DNA from: Elusimicrobiota bacterium
GTDB taxonomy: Bacteria > Elusimicrobiota > Elusimicrobia > FEN-1173
DNA: 55,772 nt
Assembly (NCBI GenBank): GCA_022703335.1
Contig: JAKLDV010000002.1
Span: forward strand, 1 to 55,772
Direction of reading: 5' to 3'
In this document: piece after piece, positions 40,657 to 48,807 of the stretch
How the letters are laid out: each line of letters begins with the position of its first letter
Numbering within the stretch: position 1 is the stretch's first letter
Notes under the pieces: model-generated
The model's database searches: none
Told to the model about the DNA's origin: nothing
The model's input: the letters and a program-made list of their open reading frames with translations, nothing else
Program-made: the position numbers and the translations under genes

Positions 40657-42339
40657 GTGACGCAGCAAGAGGCCCCGTCGCAGGCTCAAACATTTTTCCC
40701 GCCGCCCGACCGGGGGTGGGATCGCGCCCTTGTGTTCTTGTTGCTGGGGCTGTTCCTCGTTCTGGCCGTATGGGATTTGGAGAGCCCCGCGCTCCACCGG
40801 GATGAGGCGTTGATCGGACGTTTGGCGGCATCCATCGATTTCTCGCAGGCCCTCGAAACTTGGTCTTTTCGAACCCTGCCGCTGCAGGCCGACCAACATC
40901 ACGGCACGTGGATGGCGTATGCCGTGTATCCTTTTTTGAAGTTGTTCGGCGGCCAGCCCGTCGCGGTCCGGGTGGCGGGGGTGGTCTATGGTTTCCTCGG
41001 GTTGGCGGCCATGTTCTGTTTGACGCACCGTTTGTTCGGCCGCGCGCCGGCGCTTTTCTTTCTGCTCCTGCTGTCTCTCCATCCGTCCTTCCTGTGCACG
41101 ACGCGCCTCGGAATGATCGACGGTAATTTGATGTATCTTGTTTCCTTCGCGGCCCTGTTTTTTTTGTGGCGTTGGTGGACGGACGGGAGGTTCGGGCACT
41201 TCCTGTGGACGTGTTTTTTCCTGGGCATGGGGGTGGGGATCCTGAGCTGGTTTATATATGCGTTGGGGGCGTTGGGCGTGGCGATGTCGCTGAAGGCGCG
41301 CGGGGTCGCGGAACGGGTGGGCCGCCGGTGGCGGTGGTACCTCCTCGGCGGGGGAGTGAGTTTTTTGGCGGGGACGGGTCCCTTGTTCCTGGCGGTGCTG
41401 ACGGGGGAGATGTTGCCGGAGGCCACGCTGGATTATTTCATCGGTTTTTGGACGGCTCAGGGGGCCGGTTCTTTTTCTTCCGCTTTTTTCCTCGCGGAGA
41501 GGCTTCGGTCGTTCGTCAAGGTTTTGGGGGGAGGATACACTTATTTGAATCATTGGGGGCTTCCGTATGGTCAGGGGTTGGTTTATCCCGGTTTATTCCT
41601 CGTCGCCGTCGTCTGGATCCTTGCCACGGAGGTGGGGAATTTTAGACGACGGAGGGAAGCGGGGGTCCTGCCGGCGCTGATCGTTTTTCTTGCCGCCTAT
41701 CTGCTCCTCTCGAGTTTTGCGCCGTCGATGGCGAAGGAATTGCATCTTCTCCCGCTTCTGCCGCTGGCCGTTTTGATCACCGCCATCGGCTTGTGCGGGC
41801 TGTACGGGAAAATCACGCATCTTCCACTGAAGCGTTTGGCTTGGGGGGTGACGTGCGGCCTGGCGCTGCTTTCATCGGCCGGCGGAAATTTTTCCAATTA
41901 CGACTACCTCCGCCGGACGGGTGGCGAGTTCCGGTTTCAGTCCTGGGCTTTTTACGATCTGGCCGATTGGGTTCAGGCGCGGGGATACCGGCGCGTGGTG
42001 TCGGTCGCGCCCAGTCTGAACGTCAAATTGAAATTCATGGCTTCTTCGAAAATCGTTCCCGTGGACTTGGTTCTTACGGGACGACACACCGACCAGCAGA
42101 TTGTGAGCCGGCTCGATCGCTCGCGGGGTTGGGCGGATGCCTACATCGCCGGTTTTTGGTTCAAGGGAGAGGATCGTCTTCCGACGAAATTTCAATTGTT
42201 CAGTCGCTGGCGCAGGAAACAGGACCCGCCTCCGCGGCTGGTGGCGGTGTTCCACGAGCGCCAGGGCCGCCCGATTTATCTCGTGTATGAACCGCTTCGT
42301 CGGCCGGTAGTCAAAGACCTGAAGAAAAGAACGGAATAG
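40657..42339 (+). CDS. GT-C-fold membrane glycosyltransferase-like protein, paralog 2
   Basis: Same architecture: 'WDLESPALHRDEALIG...SIDF...LPLQADQHHGTWMAYAVYPFLK' and C-terminal 'HERQGRPIYLVYEP'. Confidence 0.65.
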   Translation: MTQQEAPSQAQTFFPPPDRGWDRALVFLLLGLFLVLAVWDLESPALHRDEALIGRLAASIDFSQALETWSFRTLPLQADQHHGTWMAYAVYPFLKLFGGQPVAVRVAGVVYGFLGLAAMFCLTHRLFGRAPALFFLLLLSLHPSFLCTTRLGMIDGNLMYLVSFAALFFLWRWWTDGRFGHFLWTCFFLGMGVGILSWFIYALGALGVAMSLKARGVAERVGRRWRWYLLGGGVSFLAGTGPLFLAVLTGEMLPEATLDYFIGFWTAQGAGSFSSAFFLAERLRSFVKVLGGGYTYLNHWGLPYGQGLVYPGLFLVAVVWILATEVGNFRRRREAGVLPALIVFLAAYLLLSSFAPSMAKELHLLPLLPLAVLITAIGLCGLYGKITHLPLKRLAWGVTCGLALLSSAGGNFSNYDYLRRTGGEFRFQSWAFYDLADWVQARGYRRVVSVAPSLNVKLKFMASSKIVPVDLVLTGRHTDQQIVSRLDRSRGWADAYIAGFWFKGEDRLPTKFQLFSRWRRKQDPPPRLVAVFHERQGRPIYLVYEPLRRPVVKDLKKRTE

Positions 42340-42341
42340 GC

Positions 42342-44018
42342 GTGCTGTTTCAGGCGAAAAAACTGGAAGAAAAGACGGACATGCCTGTCGGAGGCCGGGG
42401 CCTCTACCGTGCCATGGTGATCCTTTTCATGGGCCTCTACCTCGTCCTGGCTGTTTGGGATTTGGAGAGTCCCGGCATGGGAAGGGATGAGGCGCTGATG
42501 GGGCATTCGGCAAACTCCATTGATTTTGTCCGGGCGCTTAAAGAAAGATCGTTGCGGTTTCTTCCCCTGCAGTTCGACAACCATCACGGTCTGTGGATGG
42601 CTTACGCCATTTATCCTTTTTCGAAATTGCTGGGAGGTCACCCCATCTCGATCCGCCTGGCGGCCGTGTTCTATGGGTTTCTGGGGCTGTCGGCCATGTT
42701 TTATGTGACGTATCGGATATTTGGCCGCTTCGTGGCCTTGGTGACGCTGATTTTTTTATCTTGTCACCCGTCGTTTCTATGTGCGACCCGCATCGGCTTG
42801 CATGACCAAAATATCGTGCATTTGGCTGCTGCCGCGGCGGCTTTTTTCTTGTGGCGATGGTGGACGGAGGGAAAGACGAGCCAATTTTTTTTCTCGTGTT
42901 TTTTCCTCGGCATGGGAATGGGGATACAGACGTGGTTCATCTATTGGTTGGGGGCCCTGGCCGCGGTGGCGCTGTTGAACGCCGGAGAGGTTTGGAAGCG
43001 ACTGAAGGGGAGCTGGCGTCTTCATGTGTGGGGAGGGGCGGCAAGCTTTCTGGCCGGGACGGGGCCCCTTTTCCTTTCCTTCGTCACGGGGGCCATGCGC
43101 CCCGAGGACACCGTCGATTATTTCATTACGTTGTGGCTGACGTGCGGCTCCATTTCCCTCTCCGCCGCTTTTGTCATGCGGGAGAGGCTCGTTCTTTTTT
43201 TGAAAATGTTGGGGGGCGGATATACCTACCCCAACCATTGGGGTTTGCCTTACGACCAGGGTTGGGTTTATCCCGTCCTCTTTTCGGTGGGCGCATTATG
43301 GATCCTATGTGCGGCCGTTCGGAATCTGGCCAAAAGGCGAAGGGAAACGGTCTCGACAACGCCCCTTGTTTTCTTCGTCGCCTATTTGCTTTGCGCAAGT
43401 TTCGCGCCGGCTTGGCCGAAGGAGTGGCATCTCGGTCCGCTTTTGCCGGTGGCGCTTTTGGTCGCCGGCATCGGATTGTGCGATCTTTTCGGGAATATCC
43501 GCCGATTGCTCTGGAGGGGGGTGGCTTGGGGGGTGGTGTGTGTCTCGGTGTTCTTTTCTTCGGCCATGGGCAATTATGTCAACTATGATTACCTTCACCG
43601 GACCGGCGGGGAATTTCATATGTATTCCTGGGCCATTTACGATTTCGCTGATTGGCTCAGGACGCGCGGGCATACGTGGGTGGTGACGATGTCCCCCTAT
43701 CTTAATGTCAAATTGAGATACCTGGCATCGAGGAACATCCGCACCGTTGATCTGGGGTTTCGGATCGGTTGGACAGAGAAGGAAATTTTACGGCGGCTCG
43801 ACAGCCTGCGGTCGCGCGCGGATGTCTATGTGGCGACGTATTGGGCCGGAGACGAGGCCCCGTTTCCCACCCGGTTTCCCATGTTCAACCGTTGGCGCAT
43901 GAGACAAGACCCGCCCCTGCGGCTGGTGTCGGTGTTCCACGAGCGCCAGGGCCGTCCGATCTATCTCGTTTACGAACCGGAGAAAAGGCGGCGACCGGGC
44001 CGTCGCCCGCCAACGTGA
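42342..44018 (+). CDS. GT-C-fold membrane glycosyltransferase-like protein, paralog 3 (closest to paralog 2)
   Basis: GTG start 2 nt after the paralog 2 stop. 'WDLESPGMGRDEALMG...SIDF...LPLQFDNHHGLWMAYAIYPF' and C-terminal 'HERQGRPIYLVYEP'. Confidence 0.65.
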   Translation: MLFQAKKLEEKTDMPVGGRGLYRAMVILFMGLYLVLAVWDLESPGMGRDEALMGHSANSIDFVRALKERSLRFLPLQFDNHHGLWMAYAIYPFSKLLGGHPISIRLAAVFYGFLGLSAMFYVTYRIFGRFVALVTLIFLSCHPSFLCATRIGLHDQNIVHLAAAAAAFFLWRWWTEGKTSQFFFSCFFLGMGMGIQTWFIYWLGALAAVALLNAGEVWKRLKGSWRLHVWGGAASFLAGTGPLFLSFVTGAMRPEDTVDYFITLWLTCGSISLSAAFVMRERLVLFLKMLGGGYTYPNHWGLPYDQGWVYPVLFSVGALWILCAAVRNLAKRRRETVSTTPLVFFVAYLLCASFAPAWPKEWHLGPLLPVALLVAGIGLCDLFGNIRRLLWRGVAWGVVCVSVFFSSAMGNYVNYDYLHRTGGEFHMYSWAIYDFADWLRTRGHTWVVTMSPYLNVKLRYLASRNIRTVDLGFRIGWTEKEILRRLDSLRSRADVYVATYWAGDEAPFPTRFPMFNRWRMRQDPPLRLVSVFHERQGRPIYLVYEPEKRRRPGRRPPT

Positions 44019-44109
44019 GTCGTCGGTCGGCCGTCCCTTATTCGGGCCCGGTTGTTTTTGGGGGGGCGTGTCCCCGGAGACGTTTCGTCCGGCCCGAAAA
44101 AGCGAATTT

Positions 44110-45621
44110 ATGTCGAAAATCCTTCTGATCAATCCGGCCTATGCCGACGTCTATGGGGCTTCCAAGGCGGGCCTTGTGAGGCACATCATCCCCACCCTGG
44201 GACTCGCGACGATTGCGGCCGACGCCGTCCGTCGGGGGCACAGGGTCAAGATATTGGACATGAGTGATTCTTTTTATGATTGGACGAAAGTCCAGCGGGT
44301 CGTTCGGGAGTTCGGCCCGGACGTGGTGGGGATTTCGGCCACCACACCCCTCATGAACCAGCTTCGGGATCTGTCGGTCCTGTGCCGGGACATTTCGAAG
44401 GACATTCTTTTGGTCGGCGGCGGGGCGCATGTTTCCGCTCTCCCGGAGCGGAGCCTGGAGGAATCTTTTTTGGACGTCGTTGTGGCGGGGGAGGGGGACA
44501 TCGTTTTCGGCCGGATATGCGACGGTGACTCCTTTACGGATCGGCCGGGGCTTTGTCGGCGGCTCGAACGTGGGACGGTGGTCGGGGCCGGGGAGGGGGG
44601 GCCGCTGGAGAATTTGGATGACCTGCCCATGCCGGCGTGGCATTTGTACGATCCCGCCGCCTATCGGGCGAAGACAAGCCGGCTCATCGTCCGGTGTCCT
44701 CCCTGCCTGGAACTGGAATTTTCCAGGGGCTGCGCGTACGATTGCCATTTCTGCGCCTCAAAAAAAATTCATCCGCTCGGCCACAGAAAAAAATCATCCA
44801 AACGGTGCGCGGAAGAAGTGAAAACGGCCGAAAGGATGGGGTGGCGGGAGTTCGTCCTGGCCGACGATATTTTCACGTCGAACCGGGAATGGGCGTTGAG
44901 CGTCTGCGAAGAATTGATACGATCGGAAACGTCGGTCCGCTGGTCCTGTTTGAACGGCATCCGGGTGGATTCGGCCGACCTGCCGCTTTTCCGGACAATG
45001 CGCCGCGCCGGATGTTACCGGCTCGCCTTTGGGTTTGAGACGGGCAACGAACAGAGGCTGCGGGCGTCGGGAAAGGGCGGTCGGGCTTCCCTGGAAGCGG
45101 GCCGGCGGGCCGTCCGTTGGGCCCGCGAGGCCGGGATGGAGACGTGCGGGTATTTTCTTATCGGACTGGACGGCGATACGAAGGAGACGGTGGAAGACAC
45201 CATCGCGTATGCGTGTTCTCTGGGACTCGACATGCTCAAGTTCGGCGTGGCCATGCCTTTCCCGGGGTCGGCTCTTTTTGACGCTTATCTGGCCCGCGGC
45301 GCGATCCGTTCTTTTGATTGGGATGCGTATAACACGTACGCCAACCTCCAGCCCTTTGAACATTCCTCGTTGAGCCGGGAAGAGATCGGTTTTCTCATGG
45401 GAAAGGCCTACCGGGAAACGGTCGGCTTGAACCCGGCTTTCTGGTTCCGCCGTTTGAGGCGCGGGCTGGGAACGGGGGATATCTTTTGGGACCCGTATTA
45501 TTTTTTAAAATTCCTATTTTCCCCGGCGCTCAACACGTCGAGGAAAGAGGCGTACTACGCCCGGCCCCGTTGGCCGCAGCCGGAACATGCGGCGGGGCGT
45601 AGGGATCGGGGAGTTCATTGA
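44110..45621 (+). CDS. B12-binding-domain radical SAM protein (class B) 1
   Basis: N-terminal Rossmann-like 'KILLINPAY...GLATIAADAVRRGHRVKILD...VVGISATTP'. Radical SAM cluster motif 'SRGCAYDCHFC' (CxxxCxxC). Confidence 0.85.
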   Translation: MSKILLINPAYADVYGASKAGLVRHIIPTLGLATIAADAVRRGHRVKILDMSDSFYDWTKVQRVVREFGPDVVGISATTPLMNQLRDLSVLCRDISKDILLVGGGAHVSALPERSLEESFLDVVVAGEGDIVFGRICDGDSFTDRPGLCRRLERGTVVGAGEGGPLENLDDLPMPAWHLYDPAAYRAKTSRLIVRCPPCLELEFSRGCAYDCHFCASKKIHPLGHRKKSSKRCAEEVKTAERMGWREFVLADDIFTSNREWALSVCEELIRSETSVRWSCLNGIRVDSADLPLFRTMRRAGCYRLAFGFETGNEQRLRASGKGGRASLEAGRRAVRWAREAGMETCGYFLIGLDGDTKETVEDTIAYACSLGLDMLKFGVAMPFPGSALFDAYLARGAIRSFDWDAYNTYANLQPFEHSSLSREEIGFLMGKAYRETVGLNPAFWFRRLRRGLGTGDIFWDPYYFLKFLFSPALNTSRKEAYYARPRWPQPEHAAGRRDRGVH

Positions 45622-47345
45622 TGGGAGAGCCGGGAACTTCGGGGTCGGACGCCGATCGGAGCGGAGAAGTCTTGTCTCCCTCGTCGTCCCACTTTTCCCG
45701 ATTTCTGCACGGAGCCGCGTTGGCGCTGTGCCTCGGCGCGTTCCTGGTTTTGGCTTTTTGGGACTTGAAAAGTCCCGGGTTGGACCGGAACGAGGCGTGG
45801 ATGGGGATGACGGCGGCGTCCATCGACTTCGTTCAGGCGATGAAGGAGGGTTCCTTCCGGTCTCTTCCCCTGCATTTCGATGAGCATCACGGGACCTGGC
45901 TCGCCTACGCCGTCTACCCGTTTTTGAAAATCATGAGGGGCTCGTCGTCGGCCTTGCGCGTTTCCATGGTGTTCTACAGTTTCCTGGCGTTGATCGGCAT
46001 CTACTATTTGGCCAGAAAATCGTACGGAAAGACAGCCGCCCTCTTCGCCCTGTTCCTCGTCGCACTCCATCCGTCCTATCTTGTCATCACCCGTTTGGGA
46101 GCCGCGGACGGCAGCCCGCTGTTCCTGCTCTCGGCGTTGATGTTCATCTTCCTTCGGCGTTGGCAACAGACGGGGCGGGGACGGGATTTTTTGTTGATCT
46201 GTTTTTTTTACGGGTTGGGCGTGGGGACGATATTCTGGTTCGTTTTTTGGGGCGGCGGTTTGGCGGTCGTCTTGCTTTTGTCCGGGCGGGAGGCCTGGAA
46301 CCGCTCCGGCCGCGGTCTGGGATGGCATATGGCCTGGGGAGGCGTGTGTTTCTTGGCGGGGATGGGCCCCTTGACGCTGGCGTGCGCCACGGGGAATCTC
46401 CCGCTCGATAAAGTCGTCGATTACTATGTGGATTTTGCGCATCGTGTCGCTCCGGCCGGGGACTACTCGCTGGCGTCCGTTTTTTTCTGGAGGGAACGGT
46501 GGCGCACCTTCTGGATGACGTTGGGCGGCGAATACACGTACATCCGCTATGGGGCCTCTCCGAACGTCAACGCATGGATTTACAACGCATTGTTTGTCGC
46601 CGCTGTGGCTTGGTCCGTCGGCCGCTATCTCGGGGATCTTAAAAAGGGGGCAAGGAGGGGCTTTGCGGTCGATCTCGTCCTGTTGACGGTCGTCTATGTC
46701 GTGTCCGCGACATTTTCGCCCACCAGCTTGCGGGCGCGGCACGTTTTTCCGGTTCTCCCGTGGGCGCTGTTCGTTTCCGCCGCCGGGTTCGCCGACCTCT
46801 GCGGGCGGCTTAAAAATATTTTGTGGCGGCGGGCGGCCTGGGCGGCGGCGGCGGGCCTGGTGATCCTTTCGGCGGCGAGATGCCATTACGCGAACTACTT
46901 CTATCTTTCCAGGACCGGCGGGGGGACGAGCCTGAACTCGGGGGCCGTCTATGAATTGGCGGAATGGGTGCGTGCGCGTGGATACGGACGCGTGATGGTG
47001 GGGCCGCCTTGGATGCGCGCCAAACTTCGTTTTTTGGCTTCGCCGACAATACGCACGTCGGTTTCTGTGTTGGCGGAGGAACCCTGGACGCCTCGGCTTG
47101 CGAAGAAGTGCGAGGAACATCGCCGGGAGACAGACGCCTACATCATCCCTTTCTGGAACGACAAAGAGGAGCGTCAGTCCAACATTTTCAAGAAGTTCAA
47201 CCGGTGGGCGCGTCGGCAGAAACCGGCCATTTCCCTGGTGAAGGTTCTGCATGAGCGGAACGGCCGGCCCGCCTATCTTGTGTATGAGCCGTTGGACTCG
47301 GCAAAGGCCCCTCTCCTCGAGAGCGCGCCGGAGGGAAAACGATGA
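45621..47345 (+). CDS. GT-C-fold membrane glycosyltransferase-like protein, paralog 4 (loop motif RNEA instead of RDEA)
   Basis: The ATG overlaps the radical SAM stop (TGATG). 'WDLKSPGLDRNEAWMG...SIDF...LPLHFDEHHGTWLAYAVYPFLK' and C-terminal 'HERNGRPAYLVYEP'. Confidence 0.65.
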   Translation: MGEPGTSGSDADRSGEVLSPSSSHFSRFLHGAALALCLGAFLVLAFWDLKSPGLDRNEAWMGMTAASIDFVQAMKEGSFRSLPLHFDEHHGTWLAYAVYPFLKIMRGSSSALRVSMVFYSFLALIGIYYLARKSYGKTAALFALFLVALHPSYLVITRLGAADGSPLFLLSALMFIFLRRWQQTGRGRDFLLICFFYGLGVGTIFWFVFWGGGLAVVLLLSGREAWNRSGRGLGWHMAWGGVCFLAGMGPLTLACATGNLPLDKVVDYYVDFAHRVAPAGDYSLASVFFWRERWRTFWMTLGGEYTYIRYGASPNVNAWIYNALFVAAVAWSVGRYLGDLKKGARRGFAVDLVLLTVVYVVSATFSPTSLRARHVFPVLPWALFVSAAGFADLCGRLKNILWRRAAWAAAAGLVILSAARCHYANYFYLSRTGGGTSLNSGAVYELAEWVRARGYGRVMVGPPWMRAKLRFLASPTIRTSVSVLAEEPWTPRLAKKCEEHRRETDAYIIPFWNDKEERQSNIFKKFNRWARRQKPAISLVKVLHERNGRPAYLVYEPLDSAKAPLLESAPEGKR

Positions 47346-47376
47346 GACGCGGCCGACGGCGGGCGTAGAGGATCCG

Positions 47377-48807
47377 GTGCCTGAAAAAAAAATCCTTTTG
47401 GTGAATCCCCCGTCTCGACGGCCCACCTTGCGCGATTTGTATTGTTCGATGACGCCGCGGGGAGGTTACAACTGGGCGCCCGTGGATCTTTTGGTCCTCA
47501 GCGCTCTTTTGAAAGAGCGGCATGATCTGGCGGTGTTGGACGCCGTGGCCGAGGGGATTTCGTTTGAGGCCGCCCTGGTCCGCGCCGCGGCGTTCCGCCC
47601 CCGGGGGATCGTTTCCCTCGTCGGTTCCGTCACGTTGGAAGACGACCTGGGCTGGCTGCAATCACTGAAACAGAAAACGTCGGCCCCGGTCCTTATCCTG
47701 GGGAACATTTCACTGGACCCGGACCACAAGGTGTTGCACGACCATCCGTGGATCGACGGCCTGATTCAAGACGGCGCCGGTCCCGAGCTGGCCGACTATT
47801 TTGACGGGGACCCGGCCGGCACGAGGGAATACCAAGGTCTTGTTTTTCGGCGGAACGGACAAATCCGGAAGAGCCCCTCTCCCGCGAGACAATCGACGGC
47901 AACGCTCGCCTATCCCCCGCCGCGGCACGACTTGTTCCCGCTGCACCGCTACCGCGTCCCATGGATGGGGGCGGGAAAGACGACGTCCATGTTGGCAAGT
48001 TACGGTTGTGTTTTCTCCTGCGGTTATTGCGTGCACAGACGGGAAAGCATCGCCCCGCGGTTGCGGCCGATCGACGACGTGTTGCGGGAACTGGATTCCC
48101 TGCGGGACCTCGGAGTGAAGAACATTTATTTCAGGGATCCGATTTTCGCCGGCACCCGGGAGAACGCCCTGGCGCTGACGTCGGCCATGGGAAAGAGGAA
48201 CTACCCGTTTTCATGGGCGGGCAGTTTGCGCATCGAAACGTCCAGCGGGGAGTTGTTGGGGGCGATGCGGGCGGCCGGATGCCGATGGGTGGCGGTCGGC
48301 ATCGAATCGGCCAATGCCGACGTGTTGGAGAAGTATCGGAAGCCCCTCCCGTTGGAGCAGATCAAAAGTTTCATCCGTCAATGCCATGCGGCCGGACTTC
48401 TGGCGGCGGGCTATTTCATCCTGGGCCTGCCCGGCGAGGACGTGCGGTCCGTTCGGGAGACCATCGATTTCGCCGTCGCGTCGGAGCTGGATTTCGCCAC
48501 GTTCACCGTCCCCGTGCCGGATTACGGCACGACTTTTCGGAAAGAAGCCGAAAATACGGAGACCGGGAACGGGGGGGAACCGTTTGACCGGGGAAATCCG
48601 CGCCGCGGCTTGAGGACGACCATTTCGGAAGAAGAGTATCGGGGCCTTTTCAAGGAGGCCTACCGTCGCATGTATTTCAGGCCGTCCTATGTGTTCCGAA
48701 TGGCGTGCCGGCTTCGGGGGGTGGGAGAGTGGCGCGGTGCGTTTGCCCACGCCGGTCGGCTTTTTTGGGATGTGTGGCGGGGAGGAGGGGAGGTTAGGAA
48801 GCGCTGA
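47377..48807 (+). CDS. B12-binding-domain radical SAM protein (class B) 2
   Basis: GTG 47377 gives 'PEKKILLVNPPS', parallel to the N-terminus of radical SAM 1. Cluster motif 'SYGCVFSCGYC'. 'VAVGIESAN' is a TIM-barrel block. Confidence 0.8.
   Translation: MPEKKILLVNPPSRRPTLRDLYCSMTPRGGYNWAPVDLLVLSALLKERHDLAVLDAVAEGISFEAALVRAAAFRPRGIVSLVGSVTLEDDLGWLQSLKQKTSAPVLILGNISLDPDHKVLHDHPWIDGLIQDGAGPELADYFDGDPAGTREYQGLVFRRNGQIRKSPSPARQSTATLAYPPPRHDLFPLHRYRVPWMGAGKTTSMLASYGCVFSCGYCVHRRESIAPRLRPIDDVLRELDSLRDLGVKNIYFRDPIFAGTRENALALTSAMGKRNYPFSWAGSLRIETSSGELLGAMRAAGCRWVAVGIESANADVLEKYRKPLPLEQIKSFIRQCHAAGLLAAGYFILGLPGEDVRSVRETIDFAVASELDFATFTVPVPDYGTTFRKEAENTETGNGGEPFDRGNPRRGLRTTISEEEYRGLFKEAYRRMYFRPSYVFRMACRLRGVGEWRGAFAHAGRLFWDVWRGGGEVRKR

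Noticed and set aside
38911-48807. Whether the GT-C / radical SAM array is a recently acquired island
   Set aside because: By eye, composition and codon style match the flanking housekeeping genes. There are no integrase, transposase, tRNA or flanking direct repeats. It was therefore treated as a resident accessory operon, not a mobile element.
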